A stretch of DNA of 64,000 nt from Marispirochaeta sp. (GTDB lineage Bacteria; Spirochaetota; Spirochaetia; JC444; Marispirochaetaceae), in contig CAXXFF010000002.1 of the NCBI GenBank assembly GCA_963676835.2, positions 1,056,001-1,120,000 of the forward strand, given 5' to 3'. Positions within the stretch are counted from its first letter, which is position 1; each line of letters begins with the position of its first letter. Positions 28,241-39,517 of this stretch are shown piece by piece. The translations under genes were made by a program, and so were the position numbers. The notes beneath the pieces are model-generated. The model saw only the letters and a list, made by a program, of their open reading frames with translations. It was not told where the DNA came from and made no database searches.

Positions 28241-29818
28241 CTACTCAAGCAGCTTCGGTTCATCCTGTTCTATCTGCCGGTACCCGTAGCCGGCTTGATT
28301 TATTTTGAAGAACTTCATTACTGCTTCCAGGTGACCGGCCTGATGAGCCAGTTCTTCCGAAGTTGCCGCTAACTCCTCCGATGAGCTGGCATTCTGCTGT
28401 ATAACCTTATCCAGATCCATAATCGCCATGGATATCTGTTCCACCCCGGTCTGCTGTTCCCGGTTGGCGGCGCTTATCTCCTGTACCAGTGAGGTTGTCT
28501 GCTGAATGTTGGGAATAAGGGCGTCCAGCATATCTCCGGCTTCGGTGGAGGTTTTTACCGTGGCATTGGAGAGTATGCTTATCTCTCCCGCAGCGGTCTG
28601 GCTCCGTTCCGCAAGACGGCGAACTTCTGCCGCTACAACTGCAAAGCCTTTTCCGTGCTCTCCGGCCCTGGCCGCTTCGATGGCGGCATTCAGGGCCAGC
28701 AGATTGGTCTGCCTGGCAATCTCTTCTACGATGCTGATTTTCTCCGCAATATTCTTCATAGCTTCCACTGCACTTACAACAGCAGTTCCGCTGGTCTGGG
28801 CATTATCGGAAACCGCATTGGCCAGTTTTTCGGTTTCCGACGAGTTGTCCGCATTCTGCCTCAGGTTGGCGCTCATCTCTTCGATGGAAGAACTGACTTC
28901 CTCTGCCGCCGCCGCCTGGTTGGTGGCACCGTTGGCAATATCCTGAGCAGCGGCTGAGAAATGTCTGCTGCTGGTGGAAATACTGATTGCCGCGGTATTT
29001 ACATCACCTACAATGGATCCCAGCTGGCTCGCCATGGAATCCAGCGCCCTTGCAAGCTCTCCTATCTCGTCCCGGCGTTTCATGTCCCCCTGTTCAACAT
29101 GAATATTAAGGTCTCCCTCGGAAATGATCTTGGCCAGTTCTACGCCGCGGATAATGGGCCGGGCAATACGCCTTCCGAAGATAAAGCCCGCCGTCAGGCC
29201 GACAAGCGCCAGTACCAGGCAGAGTATCAGAAGCATGGTTATTATGCTGGATGAAAGCCTGCGGGCCATGGTTTTTATTTCATCGTTGGGAATCCCCACA
29301 TAAAGAATGCCTATCAGGTTTCCCCGTCTGTCCAGCAGGGGGTCATAGGCTGTGAGGTAGGATTTTCCCAGAATTACCGCTGTGCCGAGGAAGCGCTGTT
29401 TCGATATAATCGGAGTATAGGCGGCACTCTCTTTGCCCAGAAAAGTTCCTACCGCCCGGGAGCCGTCGTCTTTCTTTATATTGGTTACGATGCGAATAAA
29501 GTCATCATCCCGGGCCTGGAAAACCGTGGCGGTAATGCCCAGCTTTTCTCCGAAATTATCGATAAAATCAAAATCTTCAACCGATGAGCCGGACTGGCTG
29601 ACAATTCGTCCTGCAGAAATAGACGGTGTACCGTAGCGGTTGAAGAAAAATGATCGAAAGGATTCTATATCCCCCTCAACCTTCATTTTTAATGCGGCAT
29701 GGGAAACATCGTCAGCCAGTTTATTCAGACCGTAGTGCGCAATAAGCAGCCCGGCACCTGTTATAGCCAGAACAATGACTGCAATAAAGAGCATAATCTT
29801 GTTGGTTATCGATTTCAT
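28241..29818 (-). CDS. Methyl-accepting chemotaxis protein (Cache, HAMP)
   Basis: TM-Cache (ATVF...RAVGT.L)-[36 protein letters not shown]. Confidence 0.95.
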   Translation of the reverse strand: MKSITNKIMLFIAVIVLAITGAGLLIAHYGLNKLADDVSHAALKMKVEGDIESFRSFFFNRYGTPSISAGRIVSQSGSSVEDFDFIDNFGEKLGITATVFQARDDDFIRIVTNIKKDDGSRAVGTFLGKESAAYTPIISKQRFLGTAVILGKSYLTAYDPLLDRRGNLIGILYVGIPNDEIKTMARRLSSSIITMLLILCLVLALVGLTAGFIFGRRIARPIIRGVELAKIISEGDLNIHVEQGDMKRRDEIGELARALDSMASQLGSIVGDVNTAAISISTSSRHFSAAAQDIANGATNQAAAAEEVSSSIEEMSANLRQNADNSSETEKLANAVSDNAQTSGTAVVSAVEAMKNIAEKISIVEEIARQTNLLALNAAIEAARAGEHGKGFAVVAAEVRRLAERSQTAAGEISILSNATVKTSTEAGDMLDALIPNIQQTTSLVQEISAANREQQTGVEQISMAIMDLDKVIQQNASSSEELAATSEELAHQAGHLEAVMKFFKINQAGYGYRQIEQDEPKLLE

Positions 29819-29918
29819 ATCTTCAAAAACTCCTGGTTTGTGACCTCTTTTCTCAGGTTCAGCTTTAATCTTAGGAGGACCGGTGGAGGAGTGCAAATTT
29901 TTATGATACCGTTGCGGC

Positions 29919-30734
29919 ATGAATCGTCTTTTTGTTCTCGGCACCGGAAATGCCATGGCCACCCGCTGTTATAACACCTGCTTCGCCCTAAAAAGCGGCG
30001 ATGAATACATCCTGGTCGATGCCGGAGGCGGCAACGGTATCCTTGCCCGGTTGCAGGCAGCAGATATTGCCATTGGCAGTATCCGGCACCTGGTGCTTAC
30101 CCATGAACATTCGGACCATCTCCTCGGAGCGGTGTGGATAGTCCGGGCCGTAACCGCCGCAATACTTGCCGGTAAATACAAGGGTAACCTTAGCGTCTGG
30201 TGTCATGAAGGACTCGAGAAAGCCCTGCGGGATATCTGCGGTCATACACTGCAGCCCAAGTTTACCCGGCTCATAGGTGAAAGGATCAACTTTTCTATTA
30301 TCAGCGATGGGCATAGCGCAAAGCTGGGAACACAGCAATTCACCTTTTTCGATATTCACTCAACCAAAGCGCTTCAGTACGGATTTTCTGCTGAACTTGA
30401 GGGCGGGGTCCGGCTGACCTGTCTGGGAGATGAGCCCTATAACCCTGCCTGTGAGAAGTATGTACGAGGATCGGACTGGCTGCTTTCCGAGGCCTTCTGT
30501 CTCTATAAGGAGCGGGAAAAATACAAGCCCTACGAAAAGCATCACAGCACCGTCAAGGAAGCCTGCGAACTTGCGGAAGAGCTGAATATCCCCAACCTGG
30601 TGCTCTGGCATACCGAGGACGACAACTATACCGACAGAAAGGAACTGTACACAGCTGAAGGCAGAAAATTCTACAGCGGGAATCTGCTTGTTCCCAGGGA
30701 CGGAGAGACTCTGGCTCTTATTAACGATAAATAA
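29919..30734 (+). CDS. MBL-fold metallo-hydrolase (RNase Z-like)
   Basis: LGTG, THEHSDH, GD, HST, LWH. Confidence 0.85.
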   Translation: MNRLFVLGTGNAMATRCYNTCFALKSGDEYILVDAGGGNGILARLQAADIAIGSIRHLVLTHEHSDHLLGAVWIVRAVTAAILAGKYKGNLSVWCHEGLEKALRDICGHTLQPKFTRLIGERINFSIISDGHSAKLGTQQFTFFDIHSTKALQYGFSAELEGGVRLTCLGDEPYNPACEKYVRGSDWLLSEAFCLYKEREKYKPYEKHHSTVKEACELAEELNIPNLVLWHTEDDNYTDRKELYTAEGRKFYSGNLLVPRDGETLALINDK

Positions 30735-30808
30735 ATATCAATTTATTGAAATATATTTCGTTTTGGTATATTTCTATTCACAGTACATTCAACACAAGGC
30801 TGTGCATA

Positions 30809-32896
30809 ATGAAACTCTATCAGAAAATTTCACTGGCCATCTGTATTCTTGTAACCTGTCTCTCCCTTTCACTGGGAATTACTTTTCTTGCCGTTTCCAG
30901 TAATGTCGTACGTTCTGTAGCTGAAAAAGGGCTGCGGGGCCAGGCAGATTCCGGAGCCCGGCTCGTAGGGCAGCAGGTGGGCAGTCTCCTCGCCGCCATG
31001 CATATTATTGCCAACCTGGAGTTCTCCTCCCTGGAGGTGGATTCCTCCAAAAAGGCCCGTTTGACGGAAGAGCTGAAACGCCTTCACCTGCTTGATTTCG
31101 GCGTAGTGGGGAAAGACGGTGTTGCCCGCTATGTCAAAGGAGAAACTTCTGCAGACCTTTCCGACCGTGAATATGTTCAGCAGGCCTTGCGGGGTGTTTC
31201 TGCTGTTTCTGACGTAATTATCAGCCGGGTAACCGGCAGGCCGGTTGTAATGTTTGCCGTCCCGATAATTCAGAACAGTAATATCGCCGGCGCACTGATT
31301 GCACGGGGAGACGGAAATATCCTTTCAAGTCTCATTGATAATGCCGGATTCGGTGACAGTGGGTATGCCTATATTCTGAGCAGTAAAGGCGTTATGCAGG
31401 CTCATCCCGATGAATCCCTGGTTCTTGAGCAGTACGCTCCCGTAAAAGCCGCCGAAAGCGATCCCGGAGTTCAGGGCCTGGCCGATACGGTGTCCGCAAT
31501 GCTTACCGAACCCAACGGTGTCGGCAGTTACAGTTTCCGGGGCAGTACCATGGAGGCAGGATACTCTCCTGTCGGACTCAATGGTCTCATTTATGTACTC
31601 ACGGTGAAGAGAAGTGAGCTTATGCATGAACTCCGTATTCTGCGTACGGTCATTATCTTCGGTACCCTGGCGGCCATAGCAGTGGGACTTATTCTGGGAA
31701 TGATCCTCGGTCGAACCATTGCCCGGCCTATCCGCAAAATGCTGCCCGTATTTGAAGAACTTGCTACCGGTGATCTTACCGGCAGGCTTGAGATCACCTC
31801 AAAAGACGAGCTGGGCCAGCTTGCCCACAAGTTCAACAGCTCCATCGAAGACCTCTCCCGTATGATACGCCTTACCGGCAGCCAGACCAATCAGCTTCAT
31901 GCCGATTTCGGCCTGCTCGCCCGGGACATGTCCGAAACTGCGGTCTCAATCAACCAGATAAGTTCCGGTATTCGGGGCATAAAAGACCAGACCGGCCGGC
32001 AGCTCTCTCTTATAAAGCAGAATAACGAGGCTGTCTCAAACATCAGTCACGTGGCGGACGAGTTGAACAGCGTTATAGATACCCAGGCATCTTCTGTTGC
32101 CGAATCATCTGCTGCCGTGGAAGAGATGGTCTCCAATGTTGCGTCCGTCGCCTCCATTCTCAAAAAGAACTCCAATGAAATTGAAGCCCTTACTGTCGAA
32201 GCGGAGAAGGGCCGGGGAGACATGCAGGCCATCAGCGAAGTGGTCTCGGAAATTGAGAGAGACTCCGAGAGCCTTATCGCAGCGGTTGAAATCATTCAAA
32301 GCATATCCAGCCAGACAAACCTTCTCTCCATGAATGCCGCTATAGAGGCTGCCCATGCGGGAAAAGCAGGCTACGGCTTTGCCGTTGTTGCCGCGGAAAT
32401 CCGCAATCTTGCCGAGACCTCTGCGGAACAGGGAAAAAAGATCAGTAAAGTGCTGAAAAACCTTAAAAAGCAGATTGCCGATGTCTCGGTCAAAGAGGCC
32501 GGATCCCGGGCACAGTTCGCCAGGATCATGACCATCATGGAGACAGTAAAAAATCAGGAGACTATTATAACCCAGGCCATGGATGAGCAGATGGTGGGAA
32601 ACAATCAGGTCCTTGAAGCCATGCGGGAAATCAACGAGATCACCTCAATGGTAAAGGAGGGCTCAGGAAACATGCTGGACGAAAGCTCCTCCGTACTTGC
32701 CGGTATGGATAACCTCTCCTACCTCTCCCAGGAGATCGGTACCGCCGTAGACCAGATAGCCGCAGCCTCCGGCCAGGTGGACACCTCCATCAGTCAGGTA
32801 AACAGCATTACCCGGGATAACGAAGAGAACGTCCGGCATCTGGCGGGGGAAGTTTCCCGCTTTGCCACAATTGCCGAGGAACCGCTGAATACCTGA
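30809..32896 (+). CDS. Methyl-accepting chemotaxis protein (dCache)
   Basis: [37 protein letters not shown]. Confidence 0.95.
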   Translation: MKLYQKISLAICILVTCLSLSLGITFLAVSSNVVRSVAEKGLRGQADSGARLVGQQVGSLLAAMHIIANLEFSSLEVDSSKKARLTEELKRLHLLDFGVVGKDGVARYVKGETSADLSDREYVQQALRGVSAVSDVIISRVTGRPVVMFAVPIIQNSNIAGALIARGDGNILSSLIDNAGFGDSGYAYILSSKGVMQAHPDESLVLEQYAPVKAAESDPGVQGLADTVSAMLTEPNGVGSYSFRGSTMEAGYSPVGLNGLIYVLTVKRSELMHELRILRTVIIFGTLAAIAVGLILGMILGRTIARPIRKMLPVFEELATGDLTGRLEITSKDELGQLAHKFNSSIEDLSRMIRLTGSQTNQLHADFGLLARDMSETAVSINQISSGIRGIKDQTGRQLSLIKQNNEAVSNISHVADELNSVIDTQASSVAESSAAVEEMVSNVASVASILKKNSNEIEALTVEAEKGRGDMQAISEVVSEIERDSESLIAAVEIIQSISSQTNLLSMNAAIEAAHAGKAGYGFAVVAAEIRNLAETSAEQGKKISKVLKNLKKQIADVSVKEAGSRAQFARIMTIMETVKNQETIITQAMDEQMVGNNQVLEAMREINEITSMVKEGSGNMLDESSSVLAGMDNLSYLSQEIGTAVDQIAAASGQVDTSISQVNSITRDNEENVRHLAGEVSRFATIAEEPLNT

Positions 32897-32944
32897 TCCT
32901 TTCAGCCTTGTCCGCAGGAGGGAATGGGGGTATCCTTTCTCAGC

Positions 32945-35584
32945 ATGAATACTATCCGTATCCACTTCAGGCTGCCGGCCCTCCTGCTTGTTCTTTTTGC
33001 GTTTGCCGAAGCTTTGCTGATCTTTTACGGACCCATCCGGCTCACCCGCACCCCCTCTCTTATGGTTGCTCCCTTCCCCTATACCCCCTCAAACCTGAGT
33101 GAGGACCAGAGCCGGGAGCTTACCGCAGCTATCGAAGGAGCCTTTGCCTCCACCGGCAACAGCAGCGTAAAGCCCCAGTATCTTGTTCAGGAGTATCTTG
33201 CCCCGTCAGAACGAAGCCTCACTGAAATTACCAATCAGGAAGATGCCCTAAGCCTTGCAAAGGAGCTCGGGGTCCTGCGGCTGGCCTATCCCTATCTCTC
33301 ACGCTACAGTGGAACATGGACCCTGCACCTGACTCTTCTTGAGACAACCGACGGAGAGCAAATTGCCGCAAAGAGCTTTCAGGCGGACTCTCCGGAGTCC
33401 CTCATGGATGAACTTGCAGGCCTCGCTTTTACGGAAACCTTCAATCTTGAAGTTCCGGGATTCACCACCTTCGACTACACCTTTTTTCTGTTTCTCGCCC
33501 TGGAGCTGCTGCTTGCCCTGCTTATCATGTTCCGCCCCTCTCGGTTGTTTAATCAGACTGTTATCATAACCGGTGGTACCCTTTTTCTCTTTGCCTGGTT
33601 CTTTGCCCGCAACGCCAACATGGATTATGTCCAGCGCTTCGTGGCCCAGGGGGGAGCTCTCAAGATTGCCTCCAGTACCGCCCGGCAGCAGGCCGAGGTG
33701 GCCCTGCGCTTTCTCCCTCTCTTACTGGTAAACTTCTTTCTCTATTTTTCCGGCGGCCCCGCCGCAGAATTACTGCGTAATTCAGCGGCCCGCCGGGCTA
33801 TCCGTTCCAATTCCTCGGGCCTGCGCCCCTCCGGGATTTCCACTTCTATCCCTGCCGCGGCAGTCGGTCTGCTGCTTAACCCTCCGGTGCTGGCAGCAGG
33901 AATTGTCTCAGGAGTGCTCTACGCCCTCTCCTTTCCCTCCCTGCTCAGACTGAGAGGCATTCCCCTTCTGGGTTTTTTCGCCCTGGTGCCGCTGTTCCTC
34001 GCTCTCCGCAGGCAGGGGCTTGAAAAAAGAGGGGAGGCTGCGGCGGGAATCATGGCCTTTGCGGCGGTTCAGGTGGTGCTTATCAATTTCTGGCACTCCA
34101 CTTACTCATACGTCTCGCTTCCCTTTACGGTGCTTCTCTCCCTTGCCCAGTGGCTGATCTTTCTTCCCCTGTTCGTATTTCTTTTGCGCAGAAAAAGCCC
34201 TGCCTGGATAATCCTTGCCCCTTCGGTAATGGTTGCCTTTGACTGGTTTCGGGGAATGGGCTTTCTGGCCTATCCCTGGGGAATGCTGGGGACAGTGGTC
34301 TACTCCTGGCCGGTATTTATACAGATCGCCTCTGTTACCGGTATCTGGGGGCTCACCTGGCTTATGACCGGAGTAAATGCTTCCCTGGCCCACCTCCTTT
34401 CTGGATCTTCTCACCGCAGGCAGGCGGTCAATCTGCTGGCAGTCTCCTTGCTGCTGCCCCTTGCCTTCGGCGCATTTCGTCTGCTCGTATCGGAATCTCC
34501 GGTTCCGGATAAACGCATCCTGCTGGTGCAGCACAATATGGATCCACGGAAGTACGACTATGCCGAAAGCCTTGATGTTCTCACTGAGATTACAGAAATG
34601 GGTCTTTCCGTTTCGGCAGAGGCGGGGAAGCAGGTAGATCTTGTTGCCTGGCCGGAAACAGCCTTTGTTCCGGATATCCGATACTGGATGCGTGAAGGCA
34701 ACGCCGGACGCCCCCGGAGAAAGCTTGCAGAAAAGCTCTTTGCTTCAGTGGACCGCTGGCAGGTTCCCCTTTTAACCGGAAGTTCTGATCATACCCGGCT
34801 CCCCGGAGAAAAGGACCGGGATTACCCATCCATAAGCTACAACTCCACCTATCTAATCCGGCCTTCTGTTCCGGCAGGATCAGCTATCGGCGATGATGCC
34901 GGGAACAAGGAAGAAGCTCCAGAGAGCAGGATTGTCAGTATCTACCATAAAATGAAGCTGGTACCCTTTACCGAGTACTTTCCCTTTAAGAAAGAACTTC
35001 CCGAAGTGTACGCCCAGCTGGACAAGTTTGATGTCTCCGACTGGACCCCGGGAACCGAATATACTCTCCACAACCTGGACGGAACACAGTTTGCAACGCC
35101 CATCTGTTTTGAGGACATAATGCCTGACCATGTACGGCGCTTTGCCTCCGCAGGAGCGGAGCTTATTGTAAATGTATCCAACGACTACTGGTCCCTTTCT
35201 CCGGTGGAGGGGATGCAGCACGGCGTAAACGGCATGTTCCGGGCAGTGGAAAACGGCATTCCCGCAGTCCGGGCAACCGCCTCGGGGCTTACCATGTCAA
35301 TCGATCCCTACGGCCGTATTCTCAAACAGGCTCCATTTTTCCGCCCCTTTGGTGTGCTGGCAGATCTGCCTCCGGCACTTCCGGGAAAAACCCTCTACAC
35401 CCGCTTCGGTGACTGGCTGCCGAAGCTCTCCTTTCTGCTTCTCCCCGGTATTCCGGTGTTTGAGATTGTGAGGAGGAGAATGCGGCGAACTGACAGGGAT
35501 GGGGAAGATAGGAAGGATAGGAAGGATAGAGAAGAAGGAAAAGAGAGCAAGGAAAGAGGAGAAAGCTCCGGGAGTGAAAAGTGA
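32945..35584 (+). CDS. lnt: Apolipoprotein N-acyltransferase with a long N-terminal extension
   Basis: YPW, WPETA (E), YHK..LVPF.E (K), ICFED (C), SND.W, RAVENG. Confidence 0.9.
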   Translation: MNTIRIHFRLPALLLVLFAFAEALLIFYGPIRLTRTPSLMVAPFPYTPSNLSEDQSRELTAAIEGAFASTGNSSVKPQYLVQEYLAPSERSLTEITNQEDALSLAKELGVLRLAYPYLSRYSGTWTLHLTLLETTDGEQIAAKSFQADSPESLMDELAGLAFTETFNLEVPGFTTFDYTFFLFLALELLLALLIMFRPSRLFNQTVIITGGTLFLFAWFFARNANMDYVQRFVAQGGALKIASSTARQQAEVALRFLPLLLVNFFLYFSGGPAAELLRNSAARRAIRSNSSGLRPSGISTSIPAAAVGLLLNPPVLAAGIVSGVLYALSFPSLLRLRGIPLLGFFALVPLFLALRRQGLEKRGEAAAGIMAFAAVQVVLINFWHSTYSYVSLPFTVLLSLAQWLIFLPLFVFLLRRKSPAWIILAPSVMVAFDWFRGMGFLAYPWGMLGTVVYSWPVFIQIASVTGIWGLTWLMTGVNASLAHLLSGSSHRRQAVNLLAVSLLLPLAFGAFRLLVSESPVPDKRILLVQHNMDPRKYDYAESLDVLTEITEMGLSVSAEAGKQVDLVAWPETAFVPDIRYWMREGNAGRPRRKLAEKLFASVDRWQVPLLTGSSDHTRLPGEKDRDYPSISYNSTYLIRPSVPAGSAIGDDAGNKEEAPESRIVSIYHKMKLVPFTEYFPFKKELPEVYAQLDKFDVSDWTPGTEYTLHNLDGTQFATPICFEDIMPDHVRRFASAGAELIVNVSNDYWSLSPVEGMQHGVNGMFRAVENGIPAVRATASGLTMSIDPYGRILKQAPFFRPFGVLADLPPALPGKTLYTRFGDWLPKLSFLLLPGIPVFEIVRRRMRRTDRDGEDRKDRKDREEGKESKERGESSGSEK

Positions 35585-36300
35585 ACTGGAAGCTGATACC
35601 CAGGCTGCTGCTTCCGGTGGCGGCGGTCGTTCTTGTTCTGCTTGTTCTTCACCGGGGGTATACTCTTGAAGAACTCACCGGTGCCATCGAAAGGCTGAAG
35701 GAGAGTAATCCTCCGGCAGCCGGGCTGCTTACCATCGGGGGATTCTGGCTCGGAATGATGTTTTTTATAACCATCCCCCTGCTCATAGTCAGCGCCGCTG
35801 CCCTTCATGGACCCCTGTTTGGAATATTCTACTCTGTGGCGGGGCTGCTTTCCGGGGCAGCCGTTTTTTACGGCATCGGCCGTTCCCTTCACGGTGCAGG
35901 GAGCCTTGAGCGGTTTAAAATGGTAGCGAAGGTAAAAAAGCAGTTTGCCCGAATCCAGCCCTACGGCGTTTGGGCAGTTGCCTTAACCCGCATGGTTCCC
36001 TCCGGTCCTTTCCTGGTGGTCAACCTGGTGACAGGCATTCTGGGTTTTACTCCCTTTCAGTTTGTATCCGGATCTCTTATTGGTCTTCTGCCCTCAATTA
36101 TTGCTTTTTCTTTTTTCGGCAATGCCCTCATCCGGGGAATAGCCGAAAGGAATCTCAAAACGTTGCTATTCGCAGTCCCCGTGTTTATTCTTTATGTCAG
36201 TGTCATTCTATGCATTGTCTGGTTTGTGCGCAGCCGTAAGATGGGACGGCAGGCGCCCTCCTTGCCTGAGCAGGGAGAAGCCGGTCCGGGAGAGACTTGA
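35581..36300 (+). CDS. TVP38/TMEM64 (DedA/VTT) membrane protein
   Basis: G....Y.IGR, RMVP..PF.VVN...G, F..GS.IG.LP. Confidence 0.85.
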   Translation: MNWKLIPRLLLPVAAVVLVLLVLHRGYTLEELTGAIERLKESNPPAAGLLTIGGFWLGMMFFITIPLLIVSAAALHGPLFGIFYSVAGLLSGAAVFYGIGRSLHGAGSLERFKMVAKVKKQFARIQPYGVWAVALTRMVPSGPFLVVNLVTGILGFTPFQFVSGSLIGLLPSIIAFSFFGNALIRGIAERNLKTLLFAVPVFILYVSVILCIVWFVRSRKMGRQAPSLPEQGEAGPGET

Positions 36301-36346
36301 AGCTCAATGCAGGTAAACTGAAAGACGCAGAAGGAATTAGAAGAGA

Positions 36347-37588
36347 ATGCAGAACAGGAACTATTTCGGGTTTCTCTGGCATGCCGTTTTTCTGTCAATA
36401 ACCATTACATTCACCGAAGTAAACACAGTTATCCCCGCTATGATACTGCAGATCGGCGGAAGCGAGCTGCAGATCGGCCTTGCCGGTGCGATTATGATAG
36501 GAGTTCCTCTCATAGCCCAGTTGAACTTTTCCGGCTTTCTCCATGGCAGAAAAAGAAAAAAGCCCTGGCTTCTTTTGGGTATCTACCTCCGGGTGCTCTC
36601 TCTTGTTCTTATTGCGGTAACTGTACTGTCTGTAGGAAGTCTCGGAATAATTCAGGCACTGGTAATAATCTATGCCGAGCTGCTTCTGTTTACTGTAAGT
36701 GGTGCCTTTGCCGGGGTATCCTATCTGGATCTTATCGGGAAAAGTTTTGATACCCCCATGAGACGGCTCTTTTTTACCCGCAAGCAGATTATCTCAAGTG
36801 CAGGTATTCTTGTTTCCGCACTTATAACCCGGCAGATTCTTGCCCGCACCGGCTACCCCGTAAACTATGCGGTACTCTTTTTCGCCGCCGGCGGAGTACT
36901 TCTGGCAGGCAGTTTCGGATTCTGGCTCATCGGGGAGAAACATGGTGAGAATAATGGAGGGCAAAAGAGTGAAGCCCAGGGCTATCTGAAAACCCTTGCA
37001 TCCCTTCCGGGGCTGCTGAAAGCAGACCCGAATCTACGAAACTACCTCTATTACCTGAACCTGGCGGGTATTCACATTTCCCTTATTCCTTTTTATATCT
37101 CTCTGGCCCGGCTTCGCTACACCCTGACTCCGGCCCTTACGGGAAACCTTATGCTCTTTCAGATTGCCGGAATGGTGGTTTCGAGCTTTATCTGGCCCAG
37201 GCTGGTTAAAACCGGAGGTTTCAGGATCCTGCTGATTATCTGGTCCGGGCTTTCGGTTGTTCTGCCTGTTCTGGCTCTTGTTACCGCCTGGTACCTTCCC
37301 CTGCCGTTTTATCTGGCCCTCTTTTTTCTAATAGGCGGTCTGGTGAGTGTGCGGAGTATCAGCCGGGATGCGGTTACTGTAGAACTCTCCACCGAGGAGA
37401 ACAGAGTTCTCTATACCGGAATAATCGGTACCCTGAATTTATCCACGGTTGTTTTTCCCATCCTGCTCGGCAGCTTTATTTCCCTCTTTGGATATCCCCT
37501 GGTCTATTCTGCAACCGCAGCGGTATCTCTGGTCTCTTTTCTTTTTCTATACCGTCTGGTCTGCCCGGTTGATCAGGAAGAGGTTTAG
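36347..37588 (+). CDS. MFS transporter
   Basis: About 12 hydrophobic segments over 413 aa. Confidence 0.8.
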   Translation: MQNRNYFGFLWHAVFLSITITFTEVNTVIPAMILQIGGSELQIGLAGAIMIGVPLIAQLNFSGFLHGRKRKKPWLLLGIYLRVLSLVLIAVTVLSVGSLGIIQALVIIYAELLLFTVSGAFAGVSYLDLIGKSFDTPMRRLFFTRKQIISSAGILVSALITRQILARTGYPVNYAVLFFAAGGVLLAGSFGFWLIGEKHGENNGGQKSEAQGYLKTLASLPGLLKADPNLRNYLYYLNLAGIHISLIPFYISLARLRYTLTPALTGNLMLFQIAGMVVSSFIWPRLVKTGGFRILLIIWSGLSVVLPVLALVTAWYLPLPFYLALFFLIGGLVSVRSISRDAVTVELSTEENRVLYTGIIGTLNLSTVVFPILLGSFISLFGYPLVYSATAAVSLVSFLFLYRLVCPVDQEEV

Positions 37589-37598
37589 TCTCCGGGTT

Positions 37599-38168
37599 TT
37601 AGTTCTCCCGGCTTTTGTTTTCCCGTTTGGGGAAAATAAACTCTTTGGGATCGTCATTAAAACTGCGTTTCTGCCAGCCCTCATTCTCCAGAGAGTGGGG
37701 ATCTCCCCCGGTTTCCCGGGCAATACGCTCCAGGGGCAGTTTCATGTAAGTACCGCTGCAGCTTGCGCCGATGGACCCGTCGGGGAGATAGAGCTCTCCG
37801 GTTCCGGAAAAACGGCGGCCCCTGTTTTCAGCCAGCCGGCCCCGGGCGGTAAGCACTGTCTCCGTGGGAATCGGCTTATGGTAGCGAACAGTCAGTTCCA
37901 CCGTAACACCCCAGATTTCAGGTTCCAGGGAGCTGATGGCCCTTCCCACCAGTTCGTCCAGTACCGCTCCGGTTACGCCGCCGTGTACCCTGCCGGGGTA
38001 GCCGTTATGGGTTTCCGGAATGGTAAACACTGCTGCGCTTTCCCCGTTTTCGAGCTCGTAGAACCGTGCACTTACACCGGCTGAGTTATTTACTCCGCAG
38101 ATAAAACAGTTGTAACTGGTTTCCTGGGGAGCCTTTACTTTAATTGTTTCCATCTCTGTCTGTTTCAT
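37599..38168 (-). CDS. PaaI family thioesterase
   Basis: CFICG..N..G, GYPGRVHGG...AVLDE. Confidence 0.9.
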   Translation of the reverse strand: MKQTEMETIKVKAPQETSYNCFICGVNNSAGVSARFYELENGESAAVFTIPETHNGYPGRVHGGVTGAVLDELVGRAISSLEPEIWGVTVELTVRYHKPIPTETVLTARGRLAENRGRRFSGTGELYLPDGSIGASCSGTYMKLPLERIARETGGDPHSLENEGWQKRSFNDDPKEFIFPKRENKSREN

Positions 38169-38186
38169 ATATCTACTTAAATCATA

Positions 38187-38217
38187 AAAAAAGGGCGGGT
38201 ACAAGTTACCCGCCCTT
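38187..38217 (-). terminator. Rho-independent terminator after wrbA
   Basis: AAGGGCGGGTA...TACCCGCCCTT with an A-tract (U-tract on the minus strand). Confidence 0.75.
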
Positions 38218-38233
38218 CATGCAGTGCGCTTTA

Positions 38234-38842
38234 TCAGCCTAACTTCGCAGCGATTTCTGCCAGACGTTTACCCTGGAAGCGGGCACCGGCAAGCTCATTC
38301 TCGCTGGGGAGCCGTTCTCCCTGGCCGCCGGTAATGGTGCTGGCGCCGTAGGGACTTCCGCCGGTCAGTTCATCCACGCCCATCTGCCCCTGGAAGGAGT
38401 AGGGGAGGCCCACAACCAGCATGCCGTGATGCATAAGACTTGCAGCGGTGGAAAGAATAGTGGATTCCTGTCCTCCGTGCTGTGTTGCCGATGAGGACAT
38501 CAGGGCCACCGGTTTGTCGATCAGGGACCCCTGAAGCCAGAGCTGTCCGGACTGGTCCAGGAAATTGGCCCACTGAGCGCTCATGCGGCCGTAGCGGGTG
38601 GGAATGCCGAAAATAAGACCGTCAGCTGAAGCAAGATCATCCATGGTTGCAAGGGGAATATCTGCAAACTGTTTCTGAGCTTCCAGGGCACCCATTGCTT
38701 CAAGAACACCGTCGGGAAGGGTTTCAGGAACCCGCAGTATATTCACTTCGGCTCCGCTTACTTCGCCGGCACCTGCTGCAGCAGCCTGTGCCATCTGATA
38801 CATATGACCGTACATTGAATAGAAAAGGACATTGATTTTCAT
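38234..38842 (-). CDS. wrbA: NAD(P)H:quinone oxidoreductase WrbA
   Basis: YSMYGH, PTRYG, TQHGGQE, GGSPYGA. Confidence 0.95.
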   Translation of the reverse strand: MKINVLFYSMYGHMYQMAQAAAAGAGEVSGAEVNILRVPETLPDGVLEAMGALEAQKQFADIPLATMDDLASADGLIFGIPTRYGRMSAQWANFLDQSGQLWLQGSLIDKPVALMSSSATQHGGQESTILSTAASLMHHGMLVVGLPYSFQGQMGVDELTGGSPYGASTITGGQGERLPSENELAGARFQGKRLAEIAAKLG

Positions 38843-38879
38843 ATACACCTCCAGGTGTATCGGCCTGATTTCCGACTGC

Positions 38880-39344
38880 TTATTTTTCTGCAGAGGAGAG
38901 GCTTAATCCAAGTTTTCGGCAGAGTCCTGCAAGGGTTGAAAGCTCCTCAGAACTAAGTCTGCCCATCACCTTGTGGATGGCCTCAACCTGTTTCGGAAAC
39001 AGGTCTTTTATAGTATTTTCTCCCTCGGGAGTAAGTGCCACGCCGACGGCGCGCCTGTCCCCGGCTACGGGTTCCCGCTTTACAAGACCGTCCCGCTCCA
39101 GGTTATCGATTACCAGTGTCAAATTCCCTCTGCTCTTCAGTATCTTGCCTGCTATCTGGCAGTGAGTGAGGGTTCCTCTATGCAGCAGAGCCTCCAGAAC
39201 GCCGAACTGGGTAATGGTCATCCCCTTGGGGAGCACTGCCTCATTGTTCAGTGCTTTTGTCAGGGAACTGTGGGCCCGTTCAAACTTTGTGTAGGCATCC
39301 AGATAAGGATCCCTGTTCTGTTTCTCCTCTGTTTTCTGCTGCAT
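38880..39344 (-). CDS. MarR family regulator (MhqR-like)
   Basis: QFGVLEAL, GNLTLVIDNLE..GLV.R, DRR, LT..G. Confidence 0.92.
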   Translation of the reverse strand: MQQKTEEKQNRDPYLDAYTKFERAHSSLTKALNNEAVLPKGMTITQFGVLEALLHRGTLTHCQIAGKILKSRGNLTLVIDNLERDGLVKREPVAGDRRAVGVALTPEGENTIKDLFPKQVEAIHKVMGRLSSEELSTLAGLCRKLGLSLSSAEK

Positions 39345-39356
39345 TATTCTCTCCAG

Positions 39357-39380
39357 ATATAGTTTGATATTAAACTATAT
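39357..39380. promoter_or_regulatory. Probable MarR operator
   Basis: ATATAGTTT-gatatt-AAACTATAT just upstream of marR. Confidence 0.65.
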
Positions 39381-39488
39381 CATATAAAACAAATATATAA
39401 ATATTATAAAAATAGTCAACATAAAAAGCCTTAAAAATTAAGAAAAGAGATAATATCTTGACTTATTGATAAGAGTTATTTATATTAA

Positions 39489-39503
39489 TGATAACGATAA
39501 TCA
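39489..39503. promoter_or_regulatory. Fur-like box
   Basis: TGATAACGATAATCA, 12 of 14 matches to TGATAATnATTATCA. Confidence 0.45.
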
Positions 39504-39517
39504 ATAGGAGGCATGAT

